Both the position numbers and the translations under genes were made by a program. Source: Takakia lepidozioides (Eukaryota > Plantae > Bryophyta). Taken from it: a stretch of 64,000 nucleotides of DNA. The notes beneath the pieces were generated by a model. It had not been told where the DNA came from. It did not search any database and saw only the letters and a program-made list of their open reading frames with translations. Below are positions 38,764 to 50,870 of this stretch, one piece after another. The first letter of the stretch is position 1. Every line of letters begins with the position of its first letter. The stretch covers positions 40,796,001-40,860,000 of the forward strand of contig CM060732.1 in the NCBI GenBank assembly GCA_030704615.1, in the 5' to 3' direction.

Positions 38764-41000
38764 TGTCACAGCACAGAATTACTCTCTAGAGGAGGACCAG
38801 GATTAGAATAAATGGTAGTAATCTGTCCGAACAGGATCTGATTCCAGCATAAGAGCACAGAACGAGAGGAGGGGTGAACCAGACTGTGAGAACTACATGA
38901 ACATGTTCGGAACCCGTAGATAACCTGGGAACAGCTTTTAATGGCGAGGACATTTTGGTGTTAAAAAAAAAAAAAAAAAAAAAACCTTTTGATCTAATTT
39001 AAATGATTTAGAGCCTAATTGGTCATATCTTTGTCAAATGGACTCCGTTTGACTCATTTTTTTGGGGGGGTAGCTGCAGAAAAGGGAAATCTACCTATCT
39101 AGATCTGGTTTTAGTTTTTTGGACTCTGCTGAAAATCTATGGAATTTTTTGAGTGTGAGTGTGCTATGAAAGATCCACAATTCTGTTTCTAGAACCTGTT
39201 GTGGTCTACATGAGAGACAAATCTGGGGATGTCCTCCTTGTATGGCTGGGGGAAATGATGACGTAATTGAAGGGCAGATCTCTACTCTTAGCCTGTGCAC
39301 ACAAGGGGACAAGATTTATGTTTCTCAAGGAACTCAGACTGATTTGAGTGGGGAGCAGTTAGACGAGTTGATTGCATACTGGGAGTCAGGCATTAGCAAT
39401 AGACAACACACTGCTGTAGTTGGCGTTAAGGGCCTCAATATTGTTTTGGACAGTCAGAACTCTGTTGGAGCCAGCAGTTCTGCAGCTGTAGGTGAAATAC
39501 CAAAGTGGGTGGAAGCTAGGCTTGGAACACAGCCAAAGACAGCCCCGGGGACCAAGGTGTTCAACCACAAGGCCGTGGTGTACTGGAGCAAAGGAGCAGG
39601 AGCTACACAAGTTTTTGCAATTTGACATGGTTGCAGCCGGACACGCTCTACACAAGGCAACCACGAGCAGGGGTTCATTAGCAATGACAAGTTTGTTCTG
39701 CTTGAAGGAGATGCAGTCATTCGCAATGAGGACACTCGCAACCGTCTCAAAGCTTTCGAGTTGAGAGACTGTCGGACCCTACCTTTATTTTCTTTAGTAT
39801 TCAGTGAGCGGGAGATATGGAAGTATTGCTTTGTCTCTACCTGGCAAAAAGAGGAGGAGGGTTGGTTAGAGCGAGTTACTGTAGCTTGGGATAAGGTTAG
39901 TGGCAGGTTTCTGGACATAGATATAACTCTTACACCTTACCATCATGCAGAGCGAGGCACTTTGAGAGAAGTCTGGCAGTTGATAGCATAGATCAGGATT
40001 AGATCTTGCTTGGTCGGGCCTCTATTCTTCCCCTCATTCTCTTTACTATTTTCATTACTTTGTACTTGTAGTTGCCAAAGCCTCTCTTGGTGGAGGCCAG
40101 TCAGTCCGGGGTTTTTGGGCTGGGATATTCTGCAGGATCAGCATTGCAAATGGATTTTGGTGTGGGGGTGTTGATGTTTTGATTTCTTGTGTTTGGATCC
40201 CCCCCAACACCTGCATGCTTGACTATGCGCCATGTTGGTTTTGTGTGGGCGCTTGCTTTCATAGGGATTAGGCCGGATTCGATCACCGGTCAATCCTAGA
40301 GTATGCTGTCAGTGGTGAGGCTGGGGTGATGACCAGCAAGACCACCAGTGTTTCTTCTATGGTGAGGCTGGGTTGATGACCAGCCAACCATAGGAGTTCT
40401 TGCGGTGGATGCAGGTGCAGGTGCCCTTAACCATTGGGATATGACCCTTAATCCGCAACAGGTGCTCACCCGTGTCACTATTAGAATTAGTACTAGAGCC
40501 TTATAGTGCTACGTGGGGGAGGTGCGGGTTGTGAGTGTCATCACGGAGTTACCCAAGGGTTTTAAGGGGAGTACGGCTACAGGCAGTAGCAGTGAGAGTG
40601 GGTTCACAAGATGAGGTGTTCGGTTCAGACCATCTTCACCTCCACCCTCAACTAGTGCAGAGTCTGACACAGACTCGGAGGCTTCATCAACAAGTGTGCA
40701 GTTTCCTTCGCCATTGTTGTGGGACGACATGGAAGAGATGTATGGAGCTACCAAGGGGCCTCGTAGGTACTCTGGAGCTATGAGCACAATCGAGCTGGAT
40801 GACTTTATCCAGGAGTTCGACAGCTGGTGTGATTTGCAGCAGATGCGCAATCCACAGCTGTTCACCCCATTCATGGCATGGAAGGGACTGTTCCAGGATT
40901 TGGAAGGACGATTACCACGAGTTCAGGCGAGGACATGAAGCAGAGATTGAGGAGTGGATGATGTATTGGTCACTTGACTACGTCTCCATTCCTTTCAGTG
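38764..41000 (+). mobile_element. Truncated LTR retrotransposon remnant (putative LTR, degenerate PBS, frameshifted gag)
   Basis: A gag-like segment MEEMYGATKGPRRYSG..ELDDFIQEFDSWCDLQQMRNP..AWKGLFQ starts at 40729 and is frameshifted near 40905. tagtactagagcc (40488-40500) matches the tRNA-iMet PBS TGGTATCAGAGCC at 10/13. The LTR bounds tgtcac..gtgtca are tentative. Confidence 0.6.
39242..39991 (+). pseudogene. 249-codon ORF of unknown function with one internal TGA, upstream of gag
   Basis: ORFs 39242-39625 and 39761-39991 share a frame and are joined by open sequence after a single TGA (39623-39625). Confidence 0.55.
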
Positions 41001-41093
41001 CTTTGAACATGTTCGATTCTCTAGCATGACATTTGAACGACAGCTTGATATGGGACATCAATTTGTTGAACTACAATGGAATCTGTGCAGGGT

Positions 41094-42808
41094 CTATGTT
41101 TCCTTGAGCCAGTCAGAGCCATCGATGAAGCTGATGTCCAAGAATGGTTTGGCCTGGGCTTGTGTGAGTGCCTTAGCATAGTTGACCCTTCCTGTCATGT
41201 TTGCACCTAGTCCTGTGTTGTTGTATTCTCCATAGAACACAGTCCTGTAAAGTCGAACCCATCATAAGTTCTAAGCATACTGTGAATATTGCCATTGTAA
41301 TGTTGTGTGACTAATACTCCATGGAATTAAAGCGTTTATCCTTTCTGGTCCTGTGCGCTAACTCGCATCAATGTAGACTCGAGAGAAGAAAACTTTTGCT
41401 GATCACGAGGAAGTATAAACCGAGTGTGTGTAAGGGCGCCATGCCCTTCCTAGTAGAATTGAGCACGTCCCCACTATGGAGCAGTCCACGAAGGAGTAGC
41501 CAGTGGTCTCGGTGTTGTTTGTTCGCCCATCAGCTGTTACGCTTCCACTTGTCGTAGCAGTTGAGTTTATCATCGAATCCTTGGCAGTAATTTCATGAAC
41601 AAGTTGGGAAAACTCACACGATCACATGCAGATCATGTTCTCTACAAGCTGCGCCTCTAGCATGCCTTACTGAGCACTTTGACAACTTCATGGTTCAAAT
41701 GGCCCACCCGATCCGACAACAATATGCGGAAAGGTTTGCTTTTGACCATATATCGTACGCTGATTGGTGGGATGTATGTATTGTCAAGGTCTTCCCTTTA
41801 AAAATCGGTCTCTCTCACAGATCGCCTATCTCTTCAAATGCACCTTTCCGGAGGAAGTTGCAGCCTGTTCCAAATGCAACTTTGGAGCCTTTTTATCGAC
41901 AGACTGAGGCAGCTTGAATGCGAAATCCCTAGCAAGTTTCTCTGTAATCAGCATGAGATGAAGTGTACAGAAAGAAGTTCTTGGAATTGAAATCGGGTTA
42001 GGTGCTGCCCAAATATATGAAAGACGAGTTGGTTCGATAAGCTTGAGCAACTGTGATTTCTTACCTCATACAAAGACTGTCCATTTCCAACGACGAGGTC
42101 AATTTCCCCCTCGATGTAGCAGTCTTTAAAGTAGTGACGGCCCGAAAAATCGTACAGGGTATCTTACTCCCCAAGGAACCCACAGCTATAGAAAGCAGCC
42201 ATATCCCCAGAAATCCTGAGAGCAACTGCCTGCTCTCCCTCTGCGCCGGGTGGTGGCTTTGGGGCTGAATTCTGTCCATCTCTCTAGGACTCAGAACACT
42301 AGGTGCAAATGTTGGAAGATTGAAGAATTCTATATATTTTCAAGATCTTCATAAGCAAATTGGCGACTGTGTGCACTGCGTCCTGAATGTCATTGAACGT
42401 AATACGTCGACCGGTGCAAACGGATTAGAAGCTTGAACACTGTAACAGGCTGTCCAGCTTTGTCATCTACATGGAACCATTCGGGCCCTTACAATTTATT
42501 TGACTGACCTCTTTCTACCCTACCTATTCACGAGAGCTCGGGGTCAAAGACATCAGTCGTTTACGGTTGCTTACCACACAACCTAAAACCATAAAGGTCA
42601 GGAAATTACCACTCAGATATAGCAGGGGTAGAATCTAGTACAGTGCTTACACTTTCACCTTGAAAGTCATATCGTGTGCAGTGAAGTTAGCAGCATCGGA
42701 TGCAGAGGCGAAGGTGCTACCGGCTGAACTGCTCGAAATTGTTGTCACCATTCTCCCAGCTCCCTGGATTGTTATGTGGGGCTTGTTGCTTGCAACAGTT
42801 ACTTTTCC
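41094..42808 (-). pseudogene. PME: Pectin methylesterase pseudogene
   Basis: Exons are about 42808-42659 (KVTVASNKPHITIQGAG), 42271-42065 ([29 protein letters not shown]), 41579 to about 41360 (TGYSFVDC..LGRAWRPY) and 41244-41094 ([18 protein letters not shown]). A TAA replaces the conserved Q of GxQDTL at 42164-42166, and there are further indels and stops. The first exon was not located. Confidence 0.9.
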
Positions 42809-43911
42809 CTGCAAACAGATTCAAGCGAAGAACTTCACTCTCTGGGTGCATGGAATTTATATCAGCCAGAAATTCTCCTTTAGTTGCTATTGAAAATTTC
42901 AAAATAGCTCATGTTGGCCGGCTTCATGACAAGTCCTATAGACAACCAAGACTTGGCTTTCCAAACAGCTGCACCAGCAGTATCCTCCAATCATCCCATT
43001 TGTGCGACACTATACAGAATACTAATAGTGCGCATTCACATATATTGAAAGTCTGGAACTGGTAGACCGGGGACTAGAATGTACTAGAATGTTCACGAGA
43101 TGCAGTATACTAAAGTTGTACTACGACAAGTTCAACCAGACGTCAAATTTCATGTGGCCTCTTAGAGACGTGAAAAAGTTGATTACAAGACTGCATGCAC
43201 GGTGCGTATTCTTGGAATTCATGTGCATTGCGTGTGCTCCATTCACCCTGCACGAGCATTGTGTGCTCCTTTATGTTACACTCCCAGAATCTGCAATGGC
43301 TGTCTTGCATATGAGGCGGCCAGCTGGTGCCCTTGAGATGAGAAGTTTTTGTCACGAAAGATTCAAAAGCCGCCTGCACAACATCTGCCGCCTCTTGGGG
43401 TGTGGGTACTGGGAAATCGAGATTGAAACACCTTTGAATGCGACGACGTTGACGTGAAATGGGTCGGTGGCCCAGAAGTTCGTCGTCATCCAGAGATTGG
43501 TACTTCTGGAAATTGTGGAATCTGAACTTCTGTGTTCGAGTACAGGAGCATTTCAAGGAGAACGTATAGACCTTAACCCTAATCGTACGGTATTAGGACA
43601 TTCTAGAAAGATTCCTAGGTCAGCGTTGAATTCTGTAATGCCTGTTTGACGGCGTCGCCTCTGCCTTCCCTCTCAAGTGTTTAACAAGGGTTTTAGCATT
43701 CGTGCGCCGTTAGGCCATTGACTTCAGCATTGGATTGTTTGTAGAATATTGGGTCCAAGAATTGAAGTGTATTTGAGGGGATTGGCGAGACCTGTTTGGA
43801 TAGTGTACCCTGCTCGCTTTGATGGGTGATTTGGTTGATCGTTGTAGTTTGCAAGAATAGGATCCAGATACTGTTTGGATGTGAGAGACAAACAGGGCAC
43901 GGCCGTGGATA

Positions 43912-45223
43912 ATGCAAATGGACGTGAATTGGAGCTCCACCCTGGGCACTCTCTCCATTGCAACACCCAACGGACAGCCTCTGTTCACCCCAGCAGTGCA
44001 CTCTTTTGTTCGGGGGTTTTCGTGTCATAGGCTCGAGGATTTGAAGACGATCAGCTTTTGCATGTGGGCCGAATGCATTTTGACCTGTTTTCGCTTGCAG
44101 ATAAACGAGATACGCTACGACAAAGTAGGGTCTCAGTTTTCACTGGAATGGGGGTTTAGGTGTGATTGCGTTCATCCCTTCACGATGGTTTGGTAATTTC
44201 CAAATGAATTTCCTAGAATTCGTACATGAAACAGGGCTTTCAATTTTCATCACCAGTGGTTGTAGGTTTGTCTGTATTACCGTTCTGTCATGTTACGATC
44301 AATCAGACTGACGTAACAATCATACTTGCAGTGTGAGAGATGTGTTGAAGAGCAGACATGGGTGGGATAACTCAAAAGGCACCATTCAATTTCCAAGGGC
44401 AGCATTGAAGGAAGAAGGAGCTGGGTCAGGAGCTGACGACGGTGTGGCACCTCCCAAGACTAGTAGTGAGAAGAATGGGGTGGTCTTTTCTCCCCAAACT
44501 TCAGGGCAGGTTGTTCCAAACCTCATTGTATTGAAGTTCATGACCTGGACATGTTTAGAGAGTTTAGGGCAGGGAGGAGACAGTGATGAAAAGTGATAGT
44601 CAATTCTCTGTGCAGAGGAATGTACTGATTGGATATTAAATACAGTCTTCGAGTTTTGAAGCAAATCCCAAAGTGGCCAAAGTATGCCACTTGCTCGAGG
44701 ACAGAAATGGGTGTTTTAAGGGCTGGGATTCAACACTGTGAATACAGGCTCTATCTGACATGGGTCTGACTGTGGCTGTGGTTCACATGGTAAAGAGAGT
44801 GCCAAATACAGAATTTAGATCTCTTGATAGTACGGATGTGATTAATTGCCTGTCATCGCACAGTCAGCTACATGTAGTGACCGGAACTAAGACAGGCAGT
44901 GCGTGAGAGGATGCATTCATAAGACGTTTTTTGCCTTGTGGCCATAGACCCCGTGCCCAGGTCAGGTTGATCCAGTGCATGAGAGAGAAGAGGGAGTGGT
45001 GGAGATGAGCTCTAATATTTGGCTGTTGGGAGTGCAGACAAAGGTTGCAAGGCCTTATGAAAGCAATTTGGCAAGTATGAGCAAGGGAGGTGTGACTGCA
45101 AGTGGAGCAAATTCCAATCGTGCTGGACTCTTCCGCACACCAATATCTGGGGGTGTTCAAAGTGCCACATCATCCCATGGGCTTCCTGATCCAGCCATTG
45201 CTGTACGCAACCTGATTGAGCAG
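43912..45223 (+). CDS. Three 5' exons of a pyridoxamine 5'-phosphate oxidase/HugZ-like plastid protein gene (rest of that gene not found)
   Basis: Exons 43912-44192, 44332-44509 and 45038-45223 splice in frame. The third encodes RAGLFRTPISGGVQSATSSHGLPDPAIAVRNLIEQ, the conserved segment that precedes the split-barrel domain in this plant family. Confidence 0.7.
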
Positions 45224-45502
45224 GTGTTTACTTCAAGAACGCAAGTGGAAAGGAAATGTAGTGGACTGGAAGGAGGCAAAAAGGTGAATGACTGTTAGAT
45301 TACAGAGAGAAGCAGACAAGATGCATCGCAATGCTTTCTTGGAAATTGTTATCCTCTCTCGCCCCAACACATTTTTAAAGTCTTGGGAGCCGGAACTAGT
45401 CAGTGATAAGTTGGGTTGAGCTGTTTACTAGAACATTTTTAGGCTGTCATTGTCAGCTGCTATTGGTGCAGAGGCAGGGATAGCTGAAGGAGCAGGGATG
45501 GA

Positions 45503-48500
45503 GTGTGGGTCCAGATTCATCCAAGAGGGCCAGCTTTCAAGCACAAGATGACCTATGATTCCCTGTGGATTGATAGCTACAAGAAACCTGCATGGGTAGA
45601 TGGTCAAACCTGCATGGATAAATGGAAATCTGCATGGGAAGCAGCGGTTGCACAGTTAATAAAATCAGGCATTTCCACCATGACCTCAGCTTCGAAAAGA
45701 GGACCAAGAGAGGAAGTCCTTAATTCCTCTTCTGGGACTTCCGGGCATGTGAGGACGCTATGTGAGGCAGGGCGACTGAAAGAGTCTCTACATACTTTAT
45801 ACCAGGGGGGTATTTCAGCAGATTCAGATACTTATGTCTGTCTCTTGCATAAATGCATCGAGATGAAAGGCCTGGAAGCTGGAAAGCAGGTGCACGCTCA
45901 CATTATCCAAAGTGGATTCAAGCCAAACATTTTTCTACACAACACCCTTGTCAATATGTATGTTAAGTGTGGGAGCATCATAGATGCATACCAAGTGTTC
46001 AACAAAATGCCTGAACGAGGTTTGATCACGTGGAATATAATGATGGCAGGATTTACCAAGCATGGGTGTGGTAGAAATGCTTTGGAGACATATGAGCAAA
46101 TGATGCAGGAAGGGGTGAAGCCCAACCACATCACATTCGCTTGTGTTTGCAATGCATGTGCGAGCCTGGCAGCCCTGGAAAAGGGCAGAGAGGTCCATGG
46201 TGACATCATCAAAGCTGGAATTGTACCAAATGTCATTCTGAACACTGCCTTGATGAAAATGTATACCAAATGTGGGAGCATTGAGGATGCGAAGGGAGTG
46301 TTTGACAATATGGCTGAACGAGATGTGGTGTCGTGGAACGCGATGATTGCAGGATATGCTCAACAGGGGTGTGGGATGAAGGCTTTGGAGACCTATGAGC
46401 AAATGATGCGGGAAGGAGTGAAACCGGACCAGATCACATTCGTTTGCGTTTGCAATGCATGTGCGAGCCTGGCAGTCCTGGACAAGGGCAAAGAGGTCCA
46501 TGGTGACATCCTCAAAGCTGGAATTGTACCAGATGTCATTCTGAACACTGCCCTGATGAAAATGTATGCCAAATGTGGTTGCATCCAGGATGCCAAGGGA
46601 GTGTTCGACCATATGGCCAAACGAAATGTGGTGTCCTGGAACGCAATGATTGCAGTATATACACAGCAGGGGTGTGGGATGGAGGCTTTGGAGATCTATG
46701 AGCAAATGATGCAGGAAGGGGTGAAGCCCGACCACATCACGTTTGTTAGTGTTTGTAATGCATGTGCGAGCCTGGGAGCCCTGGAAAAGGGCAAAGAGGT
46801 CCATAGTGACATCATCAAAGCTGGAATTGTACCAGATGTCATTCTGAGCAATACCCTCATGGACATGTATGCCAAATGTGGCAGCATCAAAGCTGCAAAG
46901 GGGGTGTTCGGCAATATGGCTGAACGGGATGTGGTCTCCTGGACAGCAATAATTGCAGGATACACGCAGCATGGGTGTGGGATGGAGGCTTTGGAGACCT
47001 ATGAGCAAATGATGCAGGAAGGGCTGAAGCCCAGCCGGGTCACATTCATTTGCATTTGCAATGCATGTGCGAGCCTGGGAGCCCTGGAAAAGGGCAAAGA
47101 GGTCCATGGTGACATCATCAAAGCTGGAATTGAACCAGATGTCATTCTGAAGACTGCCCTCATGGATATGTATGCCAAATGTGGCAGCATGGAGGATGCA
47201 AAGGCAGTTTTTGACAAGATGGCTGAACGAGATGTGGTGTCATGGAATGCGATGATTGCAGGATATGCCCAGCATGGGTGCGGGATGGAGGCTTTGGAGA
47301 TTTACGAGCAAATGATGCGGGAAGGGTTGAAGCCAGACCGGGTCACATTTGTTTGCGTTTGCAATGCATGTGCGAGCCTGGGAGCCCTGGAAAAGGGCAA
47401 AGAGGTCCATGGTGACATCGTCAAAGCCAGAATTGTACGGGATGTCATCCTAAACAATACCCTGGTGGACATGTATGCCAAATGTGGCAGCATCGACAAT
47501 GCAAAAGGAGTGTTCGACAATATGTCCAAACGAGATGTGGTGTCGTGGAACGCGATGATCACAGGATATGCACAGCAGGGGTACGGGATGAAAGCTTTGG
47601 AGACCTATGAGCAAATGATGCGGGAAGGGGTGAAGCCGGACCAGGTGACTTTCGTTTGCATCTGCAATGCGTGTGCGAGCCTGGAAGCCCTAGAGAAGGG
47701 CAAAGAGGTCCATAGTGACATTGTCAAAGCTGGAATTGTACCAGACGTCATTCTGAACAATACCCTTGTGGATATGTATGCCAAATGTGGGCACATCGAG
47801 GATGCAAAGGGAGTGTTCGACCATATGGCTGAACGAGATGTGGTGTCATGGAACGCGATGATTGCAGGATATGCGCAGCATGGGTGCGGGACGGGCGCTT
47901 TTGAGACCTATGAACAAATGATGCAGGAAGGGGTGAAGCCCGACCGCGTGACGTTTGTTTGCATTTGCAATGCGTGCGCGAGCCTAGCAGCCCTGGACAA
48001 GGGCAAAGAGGTCCATGGTAATATCATCAAAGCTGGAATTGTACCAGATGTCATTCTGAACACTGCCCTTGTGGACATGTATGCCAAATGCGGCAGCATC
48101 GAAGATGCAGAGGGAGTGTTCGACAATATGGGTGAACGAAATGTGGCGTCAGGGAACGCAATGATCGCAGGATATGCCCAGCATGGTTATGATATGGAGG
48201 CCCTTCAACTATTGGAAGAAATGCAAGTGGAAGGCTTGAAGCTGGACAGTATCACTTTTCTATGTGTTCTCTCTGCATGTAGCCATGCTGGCCTAGTGGA
48301 TGAAGGCAAATACTATTTTGACTCCCTGAGTCAAGATCATGGCATAACTCCAGCACTGGAGCACTTTGGCACCATGGTGGACGTTCTTGGCCGTGCAGGA
48401 CAATTGGATGAGGCAGAGGACTTCATTAACAAAATGCCAATCAAACCAAATGCTGTGGTGTGGATGGCCTTGCTTGGTGCCTGCAGAATCCATGGCAATT

Positions 48501-49066
48501 TGGAGATGGCTGAACGTGCGGTAACATCTATTCTCAAGTGGGATAAACAGGATGCCGCAACTTATGTGTTGCTATCAAACATCTATGCTGGAGTTGGCAG
48601 GTGGGATGATAGTGCAAAGGTGAGGGAAATGATGAAGGTCAGAGGGTTTAGAAAGGAGCCAGGTCGCTGCTGCATTGAGGTCGGCAACAGGGTGCACACC
48701 TTTGTTGTAGATCAGAAATTGCATCCAAAAATTGAGGAAATTCACGCTGAGCTGAGAAGATTGTCTGGGCAAATGAAGGAGGCAGGGTATGTGCCTGCCA
48801 TGCACTTTGTATTGCATGATGTGGGGGAGGAGCAAAAGGAACTTTCTCTTTGCCATCACAGTGAGAAGCTCGCCATTGGTTTTGGGCTGATCAGCACGGC
48901 CCCTAGGACACCTCTCCGTCTCATCAAGAATCTTCGCATGTGTGGTGACTGCCACACCTCCACCAAGTTCATCTCAAAGATTGTTGGTCGAGCAATTGTT
49001 GTACGGGACACGAACCGCTTTCACCACTTCGAAGATGGGGTTTGTTCTTGTGGGGATTACTGGTGA
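45503..49066 (+). CDS. PLS-E-DYW pentatricopeptide repeat protein (organellar C-to-U RNA editing factor, PG-type DYW)
   Basis: An intronless ORF with about 26 PPR motifs in L-S-P triplets, then P2-L2-S2, E1/E2, a PG box (PGRCCIEV), HSEKLA, CGDCH and a terminal DYW. Confidence 0.97.
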   Translation: MWVQIHPRGPAFKHKMTYDSLWIDSYKKPAWVDGQTCMDKWKSAWEAAVAQLIKSGISTMTSASKRGPREEVLNSSSGTSGHVRTLCEAGRLKESLHTLYQGGISADSDTYVCLLHKCIEMKGLEAGKQVHAHIIQSGFKPNIFLHNTLVNMYVKCGSIIDAYQVFNKMPERGLITWNIMMAGFTKHGCGRNALETYEQMMQEGVKPNHITFACVCNACASLAALEKGREVHGDIIKAGIVPNVILNTALMKMYTKCGSIEDAKGVFDNMAERDVVSWNAMIAGYAQQGCGMKALETYEQMMREGVKPDQITFVCVCNACASLAVLDKGKEVHGDILKAGIVPDVILNTALMKMYAKCGCIQDAKGVFDHMAKRNVVSWNAMIAVYTQQGCGMEALEIYEQMMQEGVKPDHITFVSVCNACASLGALEKGKEVHSDIIKAGIVPDVILSNTLMDMYAKCGSIKAAKGVFGNMAERDVVSWTAIIAGYTQHGCGMEALETYEQMMQEGLKPSRVTFICICNACASLGALEKGKEVHGDIIKAGIEPDVILKTALMDMYAKCGSMEDAKAVFDKMAERDVVSWNAMIAGYAQHGCGMEALEIYEQMMREGLKPDRVTFVCVCNACASLGALEKGKEVHGDIVKARIVRDVILNNTLVDMYAKCGSIDNAKGVFDNMSKRDVVSWNAMITGYAQQGYGMKALETYEQMMREGVKPDQVTFVCICNACASLEALEKGKEVHSDIVKAGIVPDVILNNTLVDMYAKCGHIEDAKGVFDHMAERDVVSWNAMIAGYAQHGCGTGAFETYEQMMQEGVKPDRVTFVCICNACASLAALDKGKEVHGNIIKAGIVPDVILNTALVDMYAKCGSIEDAEGVFDNMGERNVASGNAMIAGYAQHGYDMEALQLLEEMQVEGLKLDSITFLCVLSACSHAGLVDEGKYYFDSLSQDHGITPALEHFGTMVDVLGRAGQLDEAEDFINKMPIKPNAVVWMALLGACRIHGNLEMAERAVTSILKWDKQDAATYVLLSNIYAGVGRWDDSAKVREMMKVRGFRKEPGRCCIEVGNRVHTFVVDQKLHPKIEEIHAELRRLSGQMKEAGYVPAMHFVLHDVGEEQKELSLCHHSEKLAIGFGLISTAPRTPLRLIKNLRMCGDCHTSTKFISKIVGRAIVVRDTNRFHHFEDGVCSCGDYW

Positions 49067-50139
49067 AGCAATATTTTTCTGGAAAACTGTGTCTTGCTTC
49101 ATTCATTGATGTGCGGAGCTACTCAGTTCATCCACCATTTCCTGAGAATATTGACTAAGAGTTTTGTTCTGTTGAGGGCATTTCTGTTGCATATTTTAAC
49201 CTTCCAATAGCCGGTAGGTGGGGTCTACCCAGCATAGGTGGGATGTCACACCAACGTTGCACTTGACTGGAGCAGGTAAGGAGTGAAGGAGGCTGACTCT
49301 GGTGATAGTGGAAGAAAACAAAGTGCTCTCCTAATTCAGGTGGAGCTTCTTCAAAGCTTGAAAATGAAAGTGACTATGATTGGTAATAAGCTTGACTAGA
49401 GAGGCAGCCTTGTGCACAAATTTGTTCAGCATTTTAAATTTGGACATGTTTGTATATTTCTCATGGTGCTGCTGCAGATAGAGCCCTTGACTAACTCACA
49501 TGAAGCGAAAGCTAGCCCTAACCCTAATCCAATGATGGCCACAAGAAAGTTCACATAGTGATTGTAATGGTATTTGGGTAATTATGTTATTGATTGATGA
49601 GGCATGAATTGGATTCGCCTGACTTCCCCACACTAAAACATTGGTTTGTGACTCTCCCCACTTCAGAACACAACTTATTGTCTACAGTTTGACACCAGAT
49701 TTTAGAGCATGTATGAAACAATTGTCAATAGTTTCATGCGACGATCGGTGATGCTGGTAGTGTCCCGGAAACAAGTGGAGATTTCTGGTATGACTCCCAG
49801 TGTTCTCAGTAGCGGCTAGATCTCAAAAGCTCTCCCAGTAAGGTGGCATGACGAAATGGAGGGGCGGGATGTGATCGGAAGCAGGTCCACAGATTGATGA
49901 AGGAGCCAAGCCCAACAAGCCACAACTCATCCTGCACCCCACAGTTCAGGCATAACAAGCAAAATCAGCAGCTACCAGTGTTTATCCATGATCTAAACTA
50001 TTCCTAGCGGACTACTAGCTTGATGGTCGAATTCGGGGAATCTTAGGAGCGAGTGATGACCTTGCCGACAAAGAAATGTGTTATACTAGGTCTGGATGGC
50101 GAGAGCGGAACAATTTGTGCAAACGATCTCTGCTGTACT

Positions 50140-50857
50140 TAGGATAGAAGCACTCTTCATGGCCCAGGAAAATGGGTAAATGTAATAACTTTTTGTGCTT
50201 TTAACCTATGAGATCATGTAATATCTTAACAGAAAGCTCTTAAGATATACAACTTTTCTTAGTTGAAAGTTGAACGAGATTCTGACTTTATCTGCTATTA
50301 AAAGTGGATAGAAGTAGAGAATGTCAATGTCAGCCTACGGCACACCTTGTTCCTATCATGACTCATTCATATCTCATTAATATCTTTTCTACCTGAGATG
50401 GTAACCAAAAAACAAAACCAAAAATACCATTGGAAAGCGCTTAATGTGGCCCATCTTTTGTAGTTGGAGCAATTTTCATTAGAGGACATCTACCTATAGC
50501 AATTTAAGGGTAAAACAAGTGGGCCCATCATGGCGCACAAGATATATTGCTGTTTGGTACATTGGACTTTAACCATTTTAGCCATTTTAGGAAATTAAGA
50601 TATCATTGGAAAGCTCTTGATGAGCCCCATCATTTTGTAGTTGGAACAATTTTCAGTAAAGTTCATCTACCTAGGGTAATTTGAGTGTAAAGTGATTTCA
50701 TGAATGGTGTATTGTAGTTCATTCCTCTTTGGGTAACCTTGCTCTCCTATCATGGCGCACCCCACCCGTTCCAAAACTGGGCATATTTTCTTGCACCATG
50801 GGCGCACTTTGAGCGCCACTATGGGGCACATGCGCCAAGATCAGTGCTTCTACCCTA
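50140..50857. mobile_element. MITE with TAGG(A/G)TAGAAGCACT TIRs
   Basis: taggatagaagcact ... agtgcttctacccta (14/15). The TSD is unclear. Confidence 0.6.
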
Positions 50858-50870
50858 GTCAGTATTTCTA

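Noticed and set aside
45898-48955. Many minus-strand ORFs (up to 390 aa) over the PPR gene
   Set aside because: They are antisense shadows of the repetitive PPR frame.
48650-49066. Possible U-to-C (KP-type) DYW domain
   Set aside because: The PG box, HSEKLA and terminal DYW indicate the canonical C-to-U type.
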